A stretch of DNA of 51,648 nt, taken from positions 1-51,648 of IMG/VR virus record IMGVR_UViG_3300044513_001130; one strand, written 5' to 3'. The number at the start of each line of letters is the position of its first letter. The stretch's first letter is position 1. Source of the stretch: a virus. Lineage: Duplodnaviria > Caudoviricetes. Under the pieces are notes generated by a model. It did not search any database, had not been told where the DNA came from, and saw only the letters and a program-made list of their open reading frames with translations. The translations under genes were made by a program, and so were the position numbers. Shown here piece by piece: positions 1 to 9,764 of this stretch.

Positions 1-1019
1 AGAACACCAGCCATGGTCAGAGCGGAGGCAACGTCTGCGGAGCAGAGGATCATGTTGCCCTTTCCTCTACGAGTTCTTTGGGCGATAGCGTTTGCATCAC
101 GCTCGATCTGGAAGATCAGACCCTTGAACTTCTCAACCGACCAACGACCGTTGGAGTCAACATCGAGGTCGAAAGTACCAGCAGAAGCAACGTTTGCTTG
201 AGCACCAGACTCAGCAACGTTATAGATGGTACGGATAACTTCGCGGTTGATTTCAGCGAGGATTTCGGTGCTGAGGATGTTAGCAAGCTCAGCTTCTGCA
301 TTCAGACCATGAATTGCCTTCAGGTCTTGTGCAAGCTCGAGTGAGTACTCGGCTTTCAGTGCTCTTGACTTGGCGGTAACGGTGACTTTCTCGATCGAGA
401 ATGCCATTTCGTTGAACTGAGGACCATTATCAACACCGAGATTCTCAGCGTTGTCGGTTCTCATACCTTGACCTACGTTGTAGGTGTTGTATGCTTGACC
501 AGCTTCTGGGTTGAGAAGACCTGGGTTGCTGCCTGACTGAGCGGTGGTACCAAGACCAACGCTACCATCAGTCCATCCTTCAGTTTGAGCGAAGGTTGAA
601 CCTTGACCAGAGAATGCGGTGTCTGCTTCGTTGAAGAATGCCTCATCACCAGCTTGACCGGTGTAACGTGAGCGCATTGCGAAGATCAGTCCAGTAGGAC
701 CGTTCATTGGTTGAACACCAGCGAGGTCATAAGCGACCAGGTTAGGCATGGAGCGTCTGATCAATGAGATCAGAACAGGGTCGAAACCTGCGACTGGTGA
801 AGAAGCGCCAGCAGAGAAACCTGCGTTTGCGCCAGTGTTGGTGTTGACGGTTGGTGTTTCGTACAGGAACTCACGCTCTTCGCGGAGTGCCTTTTCTTGG
901 TTCTCCAGGAGAACTGCGGTTACCATTCTGCGATGCGAATCCTTGATTGAACCAAGACCTTCGTGATCAAGAATAGGTGCCCACTTCTCCTGCAGTTGTT
1001 CAGCATTGAACATTTGCAT
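1..1019 (-). CDS. gp23: Major capsid protein, partial (C-terminus runs off the window)
   Basis: Manual translation gives MQMFNAEQLQEKWAPILDHEG...VAGFDPVLISLIRRSMPNLVAYDLAGVQPMNGPTGLIFAMRSRY, the T4-like gp23 signature. GAGG SD upstream; follows gp22. Confidence 0.97.
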   Translation of the reverse strand, partial: MQMFNAEQLQEKWAPILDHEGLGSIKDSHRRMVTAVLLENQEKALREEREFLYETPTVNTNTGANAGFSAGASSPVAGFDPVLISLIRRSMPNLVAYDLAGVQPMNGPTGLIFAMRSRYTGQAGDEAFFNEADTAFSGQGSTFAQTEGWTDGSVGLGTTAQSGSNPGLLNPEAGQAYNTYNVGQGMRTDNAENLGVDNGPQFNEMAFSIEKVTVTAKSRALKAEYSLELAQDLKAIHGLNAEAELANILSTEILAEINREVIRTIYNVAESGAQANVASAGTFDLDVDSNGRWSVEKFKGLIFQIERDANAIAQRTRRGKGNMILCSADVASALTMAGV

Positions 1020-1069
1020 TTGAATTTACCTCTTTTAAAAAGTTAGTTTGAATCTTTATAATTTAGAAA

Positions 1070-2173
1070 TCACTTTTTCGAGACTCTAGTCAGAGTCTGA
1101 AGATATGACTCCATTAAACCAGAAACTGGTTGATAATTTACATCTACACCTTCAGAAAGATTTTCTGAATGGTCTCTTTGAGTACCGGCATTAGTTGGGA
1201 AATATGATTCTCTCAACTTGACCAGTTTCTCACGATAGCTAGCTTCACTATCAAACTCAACATTTTCTGCAAGAGAAGCGAGCTTGTCTTTCTGGGAAAG
1301 AGCAAGACCCTCAGCAACTTCTGCAAAGATTGCATCAGTAACCGACTCTGCTAATCTCTTATTAAGAGCAACATTTCTTTGAATTTGCTCGTTGAGTTTA
1401 GTCTCCATTTCATCAAGCTTATCTACCATACTCTCTATTACATCATATCTATCTTCAGGGATGGTTACATAATGTTCTTCAAAAAGACCCTTCATTCCAG
1501 CAAGGAATGATTCGGTCATTTCGGTCTTAAGACCGTGCTCAACTGCGAGTGCGTTTTCAGCAACCCACTCGTCAGCAACATACTCTAAGTAAGCGTCAAC
1601 ACGCTCAGTTAATTCTGACTTGATTGATTGAACTTCTTCAATCAGTGCTGCTTCGTATTGAGCTTCAACTTGCTCTTTAACTTCAGCAACTTTTGCTTTG
1701 ATAGCAGTTTCAAAAATGGTACGTGCTTTCTCTTGGAATTCCTCAGAAAGCTCCTCACCTTCGAACAGAGCCTGAACATCTTCTTCGATGCCAATCTCTT
1801 CTTCTACTTCTTCAGCGACTTCTTCTTCAGCTTCAGCAACAACTTCACCTTCTGCTTCAACAGTTTCTTCTTCAGCAACTTCGAGGACTTCCTCTTCTTC
1901 TGCTTCAGTTTCTTCCTTGACACCAGCAGGCATTGGATCTGCTGCCTTAGCACCTTTAGTTACAACATCCTTAACTTGCTTAAGGGTTGCACTTGGTTCT
2001 TTGAGCTTTGCTGAATCGTCGTCAGCTCTATAATTCTCAGGAGTAGGTCCGCCGAGATCCTCTACATTACCTAGTTGAGTTCCAGGATCAGCCATTTTTG
2101 GCATTGGATCTGCAGACTTCGCTCCTTTGGTTACTACGTTTTCCATTTCTTGTAAATTGCTACCAACGGACAT
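1070..2173 (-). CDS. gp22: Prohead core scaffold protein
   Basis: Acidic coiled coil, with LSEEFQEKARTIFETA and VDAYLEYVADEW motifs; lies between gp21 and gp23. Confidence 0.95.
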   Translation of the reverse strand: MSVGSNLQEMENVVTKGAKSADPMPKMADPGTQLGNVEDLGGPTPENYRADDDSAKLKEPSATLKQVKDVVTKGAKAADPMPAGVKEETEAEEEEVLEVAEEETVEAEGEVVAEAEEEVAEEVEEEIGIEEDVQALFEGEELSEEFQEKARTIFETAIKAKVAEVKEQVEAQYEAALIEEVQSIKSELTERVDAYLEYVADEWVAENALAVEHGLKTEMTESFLAGMKGLFEEHYVTIPEDRYDVIESMVDKLDEMETKLNEQIQRNVALNKRLAESVTDAIFAEVAEGLALSQKDKLASLAENVEFDSEASYREKLVKLRESYFPTNAGTQRDHSENLSEGVDVNYQPVSGLMESYLQTLTRVSKK

Positions 2174-2205
2174 TTGTTTTGTTAGATTCTTATATAATCT
2201 ATATT

Positions 2206-2213
2206 TATTTATA
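2206..2213 (-). promoter_or_regulatory. T4-type late promoter TATAAATA
   Basis: Exact consensus upstream of gp22. Confidence 0.8.
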
Positions 2214-2215
2214 AA

Positions 2216-2866
2216 TTAAAGATTTGAGAGAAATTCGCTGAACAGGTCCAGCTTGTGCTCTTCAAGTCTTTTTTGGTCAACAAGAGTATTAATTCTCTTC
2301 TGAGTTCTTTCTGCGAGTTGTTCGCGGAGGATTCCACCTTCCCATACCCACTCTTTTCCTTCCATAATTCCTGAAACAAAAGCATCAGGAGCAGAAGGAT
2401 CGGCAACGATATCGGCAGCAGTTGCTAACATGAAATCTTCACCGACAATTTTATGACCCTCATTGGTCATCTTGAGTGAACCAACACCACGAGAAGAAAC
2501 TCCGAGTTGAACACCTTCACCAATGAGAGACTTTGCAATCTTACCCATTGGAGTATCAAGAAGTTGTGCCTTTCCAATGAAATTATTTCCTTCTTGAGTT
2601 AAGGAAACAATCTTATGTGAAACACGATCAAGATTGACGGTAGGACCATCGGGGTGACCGAGTTCACCAAGAGCACGTCCTTTCTGGACAAAATTCTCAT
2701 TATATCTTTCTACTTCACGAGAAAGAGTTTTGATAGGATACATTCTACCATTACGGTTGGTAATGTCTCCCTGAAGAAAAATGCCCTCAATGAACATTTT
2801 CTTGGAGGCACCTTTACCCTCTACAATGAATTCAACTTTTGAAATTTCTTCGGTGATGAGTTTCAT
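2216..2866 (-). CDS. gp21: Prohead core protease
   Basis: NRNGRMYP, ALGELGHP, GVSSRGVGSL and DIVADPSAPDAFV motifs. Confidence 0.97.
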   Translation of the reverse strand: MKLITEEISKVEFIVEGKGASKKMFIEGIFLQGDITNRNGRMYPIKTLSREVERYNENFVQKGRALGELGHPDGPTVNLDRVSHKIVSLTQEGNNFIGKAQLLDTPMGKIAKSLIGEGVQLGVSSRGVGSLKMTNEGHKIVGEDFMLATAADIVADPSAPDAFVSGIMEGKEWVWEGGILREQLAERTQKRINTLVDQKRLEEHKLDLFSEFLSNL

Positions 2867-2870
2867 TTAA

Positions 2871-3140
2871 TTACCCTGTAAATCCTACTTTTGATCCTCT
2901 AACATCAGAACTTGATGCATAAACAACATAGCTTGATTGTTTTTCCAAATATTCAACAGTATTTCCTGGAATAGTCATGGATCCAATACCACTTCCACTC
3001 TGTGTTTGTGCAACATATACAGTTGCTAATCCAGATCCAGTATTAACAAGACGAACAACAGTTGCAGAACCAAAACTGGTAGCAGTTCCTGTTGTTGTTG
3101 GTAATACTAATTCATCTGCTAAAAGTAAAGTTCTAGCCAT
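2871..3140 (-). CDS. Hypothetical, probable small virion protein (89 aa)
   Basis: Beta-rich ORF packed in the head operon. Confidence 0.8.
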   Translation of the reverse strand: MARTLLLADELVLPTTTGTATSFGSATVVRLVNTGSGLATVYVAQTQSGSGIGSMTIPGNTVEYLEKQSSYVVYASSSDVRGSKVGFTG

Positions 3141-3313
3141 TATTCTTGATCCTCTTGTGTTTCTTCTGATTCACTAGAAAACATAGAATTTGCAACTAAA
3201 GGTCTTAGTCCCTCAATTTTCTCAGCAGATTTTGTGAACAGAGCGTTCTTAATGCTATCGCTGATATCGGACGCAGACGAATCTGTCGCAATCAAATCGA
3301 TAATATTATCCAT
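3140..3313 (-). CDS. Small prohead core-like protein (57 aa, gp67-like position)
   Basis: Manually found ORF MDNIIDLIATDSSASDISDSIKNALFTKSAEKIEGLRP..., downstream of a late promoter, with TAATG coupling to the next gene. Confidence 0.75.
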   Translation of the reverse strand: MDNIIDLIATDSSASDISDSIKNALFTKSAEKIEGLRPLVANSMFSSESEETQEDQE

Positions 3314-3337
3314 AAAATTTTATGTATCAGTATACTT

Positions 3338-3345
3338 TATTTATA
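3338..3345 (-). promoter_or_regulatory. Late promoter TATAAATA
   Basis: Exact consensus overlapping the gp20 stop. Confidence 0.8.
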
Positions 3346-4999
3346 TTTCTGCCTTTTTGGTATCCTTTTGGAATTGTGCGTCAACAGATTGTGCATCAAG
3401 TTCTGGTTCCATCGGAACATCTCCCATCATTCCCATTTCTCCTTCTGGAGGAAGAGGTTCTCCTGTAATTGGATCTATGGAATTTGGATCTGGAATAATT
3501 CCGTCTTTTATTTCTTGCTCAATTTGCTCATCAATTTCAATAATTTCGGCATCAGTCTGCCTTAGAATCTTAGTTCTAACATACTGCACAGAATAATATT
3601 TTCCAATATATGGTTCAATAGTTGCCAGAGTTCCCAATCTTTCATTCATCAATTCAGACTCTTTTAGTTCTGCAAATTGATTATCATACAGAAAATCATA
3701 TTGAATATGATCACTAATTTTTTCCCAATCTTCTAGAGTTACAATATTTTTGAGGATTAATTGAGTTTTTAACATGTCGCTAAACATGTTTGCGAAACGC
3801 TTTCTCAATCTTCCAACAAACTTAGCAAACTTAAGTTCGTCTCTCAAAATCTCAGAAGAACGACCAAGGTTGAAACCACCATCGGCAGCAATTCTTGATT
3901 CTGGAACTCCAAGTGCTCTGTAGAGTTTCTTTTGGAAATACTCAATGTCGGCAAGTTCTCCTAAGTTTTGACCACCAGGAAGAGTGGTGATTTCAGTACC
4001 ACGTCCACCTTCACGACGAGGTAACCAGAAATCTTCAAGCATACTCATGTGCTTGCGATCATCACGAATTTCACCAGTTGCAGAATCATAAACCAGTTTA
4101 TTACGATAGCGATTCATAACCTCTCTGAGGTATTGTTCCGCTTTTACTTTTGGAAGATTTCCAACGTCGATGTAAAAAATTCTACGCTCTGGTGCTCTTG
4201 ATAATCTGTAAATAACCAAAGAATCTTCAATCATTCTAAGTTGATTGAGTGCTTTGATTGCTTTATGCAAATAGGAAAGTACAGATCCCTTGTTTCTATC
4301 TACAAGACCTGAAGTACAATATGTGATAGAATCTTTAGCTATTTTAATTTGCTTTTTTGCATTAGCTCCAGAAAGAGAAGTTGGATATTGTGGAGACGGA
4401 GAATAAAGAAAATATTCTTCTATTTCTGGTTGTAAAGATTTAAGATCATTTTCATTATTATTTGCAAAAACATTATTTTTATTATCTTTCTTTTCTTGAC
4501 GAATGAACTTCATTTTCATTGGATCAATATATCTCAGATCCTTAATACCTTCTTGGGGATTTTTAACGTCAATAACTTTTAGATAATATAATCTACCATC
4601 AATATACCAATTTCTAAAAATTTCATGGGATTTTCTATCAAAATCCATCAATTCTTTAATATATCTAAACTCAGATCTAATTGCTTCTTTTAACTTATCA
4701 CTAGCATTTAAATTTGATAATTCAATTTCTACAGGAGAATCATAAAGGTCGCTTACAATAGCTTCATTTACAACATCTTCAATAGCTCCGTCACACTCTG
4801 GATGAATAGCCATTTCACGATATCTTTTAATTAAGTCATACTCTGTTCTATAAGCACCTTCAATATCTACATATTGTCCATAAAATCCACTAGCAATAAA
4901 ATTATCAACCCCGTCCTCATTGTTTGGAGGAACGGGGGATAATATTGATTTGGATTTTGGATCTGAATCTTCAATTGAAAAACCAAAAAGTTTTGCCAT
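3341..4999 (-). CDS. gp20: Portal vertex protein
   Basis: YRLSRAPERRIFYIDVGNLPK and EDFWLPRREGGRGTEITTLPGGQNLG motifs. Confidence 0.98.
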   Translation of the reverse strand: MAKLFGFSIEDSDPKSKSILSPVPPNNEDGVDNFIASGFYGQYVDIEGAYRTEYDLIKRYREMAIHPECDGAIEDVVNEAIVSDLYDSPVEIELSNLNASDKLKEAIRSEFRYIKELMDFDRKSHEIFRNWYIDGRLYYLKVIDVKNPQEGIKDLRYIDPMKMKFIRQEKKDNKNNVFANNNENDLKSLQPEIEEYFLYSPSPQYPTSLSGANAKKQIKIAKDSITYCTSGLVDRNKGSVLSYLHKAIKALNQLRMIEDSLVIYRLSRAPERRIFYIDVGNLPKVKAEQYLREVMNRYRNKLVYDSATGEIRDDRKHMSMLEDFWLPRREGGRGTEITTLPGGQNLGELADIEYFQKKLYRALGVPESRIAADGGFNLGRSSEILRDELKFAKFVGRLRKRFANMFSDMLKTQLILKNIVTLEDWEKISDHIQYDFLYDNQFAELKESELMNERLGTLATIEPYIGKYYSVQYVRTKILRQTDAEIIEIDEQIEQEIKDGIIPDPNSIDPITGEPLPPEGEMGMMGDVPMEPELDAQSVDAQFQKDTKKAEI

Positions 5000-5024
5000 T
5001 TTATAGTTTTAACTGTCTTTTCTA

Positions 5025-5031
5025 TATTTAG
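5025..5031 (-). promoter_or_regulatory. Late promoter variant CTAAATA
   Basis: At the gp19 stop, upstream of gp20. Confidence 0.55.
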
Positions 5032-5621
5032 CTGATGTCTTCTCCACCAGCTCCAGCACCAGTACCTTTGGTTGCTTCCCACCAGTGAACTTGCATTTCT
5101 ACAGTAAACTCTTGGATAGTATCTGTAGTGTCGTATGAAAGATCAATAGCAGAAATATTGGTTGGGAACAGATCATAGAAATGATAAGTTCTCAGAGTTT
5201 GACCATTACGATCTAACTGATGAACATAAGCATCTGCTTGATAAGCAGCTGGATCATTTAAACCAGTATTATCAGAAAGTTTGTTGATTGCATTCATCCA
5301 CTTTTCAAAAGCAGAACGAATAGCAAAATCAGTATCATTAAGGACGGTAATTGTCCAGGTATCAAACGTTCTGTCTCCAGCAATCTTCAAAATTCTTCCT
5401 CTGAAAGGAATATCAATTGGAGTGATATTGGAAGCAGGGAGTGCTGCTGCTTTTACCAAGAATCTTGCTTTATCTAAAACGTTAGAATCAGCTGGTGCAG
5501 AATCTGGGAATGCAAGAACAACTTCAAATAGATTAGGGCGTGCGCCACCACCAGTTAACTTACTCTTGAAATCAGTAATCTTTCTTAGTGGAGGCGTATT
5601 TAATTGAGTTCTAGTAGCCAT
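5028..5621 (-). CDS. gp19: Tail tube protein
   Basis: GGGARPNLFEV and FRGRILKIAGDRTFDTWTITV motifs. Confidence 0.97.
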   Translation of the reverse strand: MATRTQLNTPPLRKITDFKSKLTGGGARPNLFEVVLAFPDSAPADSNVLDKARFLVKAAALPASNITPIDIPFRGRILKIAGDRTFDTWTITVLNDTDFAIRSAFEKWMNAINKLSDNTGLNDPAAYQADAYVHQLDRNGQTLRTYHFYDLFPTNISAIDLSYDTTDTIQEFTVEMQVHWWEATKGTGAGAGGEDIS

Positions 5622-5644
5622 TGTTTTTTAACCTCTTAATTAAA

Positions 5645-7795
5645 TTAGAATGTGCCGATTACTTCTTCAAATGAGACACCAGTTCTGGTGGCTATGAAGG
5701 TCAGACCAATGTAATTGATTGATCTTGCTGGTTTGATGTAAACATCAGCAACAAATTCATTATTATCAATCACTGCAGCAGTGTTGTTTGTTTCGTCACA
5801 AACAAGAACATAATCAGTAATACCTCTCTTTGCTTGAACATCACGTAAGAAAGGCTCAACCGCATTTACGAAGTTTGTTCTTGTAACTTCATCATTAAAT
5901 TCAAACAGTTGATCCTTAGCAGCTGCTTCGATTGCTGTTTCGAGATAGATGAACAATCTTCTAACGTTGATTCTGTCGAATGCAGATGCTTTTGCTAATC
6001 CAGTCTTATCACCGAACAGAATGATTCCAGCACCAGGTGAGAAGATAACTGGGTTAATTCTGTTGCTATACAGTCTATCTCTTTGAACCTTGGAAGGATT
6101 GTATGCTAGTTTAACAGCATTTAAAATAGCACCTCTTGAAGTACCTGCTGGTGAATACCATGCAAAGTTATTAACATCGTTGCGAGCACAAACTCCAGCG
6201 ATATCCGAGTTCAGAGGAACATATCTGAATGTGTTTGAGAATCTATCATACATGTACTTATAACCACTATCAAAGACTGCATAAGATGAAGAAGAGACTG
6301 CAGAGTAGAATGAAATTACGTTATCAGTAATTGTGGCGTCATTATTAACAGTTACTGTTCCTACAGCACTATCACTAATAAATGCACCTCTATATGGTGA
6401 AATGAATGCTAAGCAGTCCTTTCTAATTTCTGCAACAGAAATCAGTTTATTTGCTAATGCTTGTGCATTTTCTTTGGTGTAGTTTGCAGATCCCATGATC
6501 AGGAAATCTGCCTGATAATTATCAGAATTCTCAAAAAGACCATATGCAGTTGAGAGATCTGAAAGTGAAGCGGTTAATGATCCAGATGAAGTGATATCCG
6601 ATCCACCACCATAATTCAAACCTCCAGCAAGTGTCAGTGTGTTTGCACCTGTTGCTGCGAAGATAATTCCATTTGCGTCCTGATCCCAACCAACATCAGT
6701 TGCTAATGTTGTTCCAGAAACGAATCCGGTTGTTGTGATTCCTGCAGGTGCAGATCCACCAAAGATATAAGATGAATTATTTGCGAGATACTTTCTCCAG
6801 TAAGAAGGAGAACCTACAGAAAACTCTCCATCTTTTGCTTTTGAAAGACCAAGGTGCTTTTCAAGAATAGTTCCAGCATTTCCTGTTACTTCACCAAGGG
6901 CGTCGATAACAACAACGTGAACTTCGTCGAATCTTGCTCCTCTAGCAGCAGCATATGCTGAAGTTTCTGGTCTATTAGCAATTGTGTTCCAGTAGATTGT
7001 TGAAGAAGTGCTAACACCGATTGTTTGTTGATCGAACCAATCTACTTGTGATCCTGCTGTAGCGGTTAAAATACCAACACCAGCATTGGTTGAAACAGTG
7101 ATGTTTGATGAAGTTCCAAATGAATAAGTTCCTGATGGTTGATAATCAACGCTAGTTACTGTTCCAGCAGTTGAAACATGGGAAAGAACTTTAACATCAA
7201 TTGTTGATGAACCAACTCCAGTAACAACACCTCTCAGATATCCTGTAGCGAGTGATGTTGATCCTGCTCCAGCAATAACACCGGTTAATGATTGAGTTAC
7301 TGCATATCCAACTTGAACAGATGCCGTTGCAACTCCACCCAGAGTTTGATCTGCTTTACCATCAATCAGTGCTACCTTAATTCCGTTCGCCCATGAACCT
7401 GGGTTTCTAGCGGCAACGGTTACTCCAGTAATCGCATTTTCATCATACTGAAGATTGTTGTAATCATCTAAACTTTTAATTTTGATGTTTGCCGCTGCGC
7501 CAGCAAAAGCATTTTTGAGATCTGTATCGTCAGTTCTAACGACGTTAAGAACTCCACCATATGCCAGATATGATGATGCAGACATCCAGTGCTCATAATG
7601 CTTATCTACGGCGCGTGGTTCGCCAAAGACATCAATTAAATCTTTTTCCGTTTCGATAAGAGTTGGGAGATCTACAGGTCCTTTTTCAAAAGGTGCTGCA
7701 ATCGCTCCAACTTTATTTGAAGTGGGATTAACTCTACCAACAGTTAAATCCGCTTCTCTAACTATAATACCAGGAGATGCTAAATTTAGCGCCAT
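5645..7795 (-). CDS. gp18: Tail sheath protein
   Basis: SPGIIVREADLT N-terminus; WYSPAG and FDRINVRRLF motifs. Confidence 0.97.
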   Translation of the reverse strand: MALNLASPGIIVREADLTVGRVNPTSNKVGAIAAPFEKGPVDLPTLIETEKDLIDVFGEPRAVDKHYEHWMSASSYLAYGGVLNVVRTDDTDLKNAFAGAAANIKIKSLDDYNNLQYDENAITGVTVAARNPGSWANGIKVALIDGKADQTLGGVATASVQVGYAVTQSLTGVIAGAGSTSLATGYLRGVVTGVGSSTIDVKVLSHVSTAGTVTSVDYQPSGTYSFGTSSNITVSTNAGVGILTATAGSQVDWFDQQTIGVSTSSTIYWNTIANRPETSAYAAARGARFDEVHVVVIDALGEVTGNAGTILEKHLGLSKAKDGEFSVGSPSYWRKYLANNSSYIFGGSAPAGITTTGFVSGTTLATDVGWDQDANGIIFAATGANTLTLAGGLNYGGGSDITSSGSLTASLSDLSTAYGLFENSDNYQADFLIMGSANYTKENAQALANKLISVAEIRKDCLAFISPYRGAFISDSAVGTVTVNNDATITDNVISFYSAVSSSSYAVFDSGYKYMYDRFSNTFRYVPLNSDIAGVCARNDVNNFAWYSPAGTSRGAILNAVKLAYNPSKVQRDRLYSNRINPVIFSPGAGIILFGDKTGLAKASAFDRINVRRLFIYLETAIEAAAKDQLFEFNDEVTRTNFVNAVEPFLRDVQAKRGITDYVLVCDETNNTAAVIDNNEFVADVYIKPARSINYIGLTFIATRTGVSFEEVIGTF

Positions 7796-7831
7796 CTGTA
7801 TTCCCCTACAAGTCCAGAATGAATCTAAAAA

Positions 7832-7838
7832 TATTTAT
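7832..7838 (-). promoter_or_regulatory. Late promoter ATAAATA
   Basis: Intergenic, upstream of gp18. Confidence 0.65.
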
Positions 7839-7879
7839 TAAAAGCAATGTTTTCAGCGGGGAAACCTTGCATGAACACC

Positions 7880-8101
7880 TTACCAGTCAGGATATTCCCA
7901 CTTTCCATAATCTATTTTTCTTGTACTGAGGACTCGCTTTTTTGTACACTCCTTACATTCATAAGAATATGAAGATGATAATGTAGTATTTTTTCTTGTT
8001 CTATAAAACTCCTCTATTAAATTTTTTCTAATGTTACAAATTCTACAAATACGTTCTGAAAGAAATAAATGTTCTAGTTCAAACTGATCGTCTAAATCCA
8101 T
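7880..8101 (-). CDS. Small zinc-finger protein (73 aa)
   Basis: CRIC...CKEC; coupled to the gp17 stop. Confidence 0.8.
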   Translation of the reverse strand: MDLDDQFELEHLFLSERICRICNIRKNLIEEFYRTRKNTTLSSSYSYECKECTKKRVLSTRKIDYGKWEYPDW

Positions 8102-9747
8102 TACTTATAATCCCACATATAAGACATATCGCCATACTCATCAGTATACCAACGATCACCTTCAGAATCAATAAAAGATCCACCATCATTTATACCATCG
8201 AGAATGAAACCAAAAGGAGCCATGTCTTGTTCAATTTGATTTTTTTGTTCCTCATAGATTCTCTTACGAACGTCATTGTCTGTCATTTCTTTGAAGTAGT
8301 CTTGAGCGACTAACCAAGAGAAAATAACGAGACACATTGCTAGGTCATCATTACATCCTTCTTCTGCTTCGAATGAATTGTGGCGCTGAGCAAATGTTGT
8401 TAGTTCTGATATGATCTCATAATCAACTGTAAGTAACTTATCATCTTCCAATAATGTTTTTAAGTTAGAACATCCCAACTTTTTGACCGCTGCGGTCATT
8501 CTAACTCCAAGTTGAGATTTTTTACCACTAAAACCAGATCCTACAATTTGACCGGCACGACCTCTCATTGCACACATGAGAACATTTTCATATTCAAGAT
8601 CAAAATGAAGGATATTTGCTACCTGATCTCCAATATCATTTACTTCTACTAATAACCAAGCCTCGTTGTAAGCCTTTGCAACATCATGAATGATGTTTGG
8701 AAATAGCATTGGTTTGATTTCATTGTTCCTATATTTTCCAACTACTTTATATGGGAACTCTGTAATATCAAAAACAATAAATGCAGAGTAGTCATTGCCC
8801 AACCCACGAGCAACGTCAACTGTCATCAAATAATTGTGTTCTTCTTTTGGGTGTTCATAGATATCCAATCCTGCATTTCTCTTGATTGGTTCTTCATAAA
8901 CAAGATTTCTAAGTTTTGCTGGGTTGATGAGCGTATTAACTGATCCTAAGAATTCACACTCAAACTCAACCTTGAACTGTTGTTCTGAAGTGTTAGCAAT
9001 GGTCTGTTCTTTCCATGCTTCATCACGACCAGGAACTTCAGACCAGTGGACATCAGTTGGAGTATATTCATTCTTTCCTTTCTCCGCATCATGCCACATA
9101 CGGTAGAAGTGATTCATACCCCTAGGGGTAGAAACGATAATTACCTTTGTGCTCTGTCCAGAAGAAATAGTAGGATAAACAGAGGCAAAGAAGTCATCAG
9201 CAATGTGATTCGGGATGAACGCGAACTCGTCAAGAAAGATGACATTATAGGATCCGCCTCGGACAGCAGATGACGAAGTAGAGTTAGACGAAATTTTGGA
9301 GCCATTTTCTAATTCCAGACTACCTTTGTTCCATGATATGATACCCTGTTGCATCCACTTCGGCAAGTTTTCGTAGGCAAGTTGTAACCTACCCAGAAGA
9401 TCCCTAGCAGTTGATGCTTTGTTCGCTAGGATTGCGATGTTAACATTATCGTTAAAAACAGCGTAGTGTAGAAGATATGATACACAAGTAGTAGACTTAC
9501 CAGTCTGACGTGGCATCTTACAAATATTAAATCTGTTATCATGGAAATTCTGGATAAGTTTTTCCTGAAACGGATACATCTCAAAGGGCACTAGACCATG
9601 GTCAAGAGACACAATCTTGATATAATTTCTGGCAAAGTAAACTGGGTCTTCTTTGCACTTCAAGAACTCAAGAATTTGTTCCTCCGTAAACTCAATTTGT
9701 GTATTTGCTTTTTTTAGATTGGGATTACCGAGATAAACTTCACTCAT
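8101..9747 (-). CDS. gp17: Terminase large subunit
   Basis: Walker A PRQTGKST, Walker B IFLDEFAF, nuclease motifs DVARG and DDLAM. Confidence 0.98.
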   Translation of the reverse strand: MSEVYLGNPNLKKANTQIEFTEEQILEFLKCKEDPVYFARNYIKIVSLDHGLVPFEMYPFQEKLIQNFHDNRFNICKMPRQTGKSTTCVSYLLHYAVFNDNVNIAILANKASTARDLLGRLQLAYENLPKWMQQGIISWNKGSLELENGSKISSNSTSSSAVRGGSYNVIFLDEFAFIPNHIADDFFASVYPTISSGQSTKVIIVSTPRGMNHFYRMWHDAEKGKNEYTPTDVHWSEVPGRDEAWKEQTIANTSEQQFKVEFECEFLGSVNTLINPAKLRNLVYEEPIKRNAGLDIYEHPKEEHNYLMTVDVARGLGNDYSAFIVFDITEFPYKVVGKYRNNEIKPMLFPNIIHDVAKAYNEAWLLVEVNDIGDQVANILHFDLEYENVLMCAMRGRAGQIVGSGFSGKKSQLGVRMTAAVKKLGCSNLKTLLEDDKLLTVDYEIISELTTFAQRHNSFEAEEGCNDDLAMCLVIFSWLVAQDYFKEMTDNDVRKRIYEEQKNQIEQDMAPFGFILDGINDGGSFIDSEGDRWYTDEYGDMSYMWDYK

Positions 9748-9764
9748 AACGAAACTCCTTTATA

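Noticed and set aside
7844-7870. Imperfect hairpin upstream of gp18 as a terminator
   Set aside because: The stem is mismatched and the U-tract is short; not supportable.
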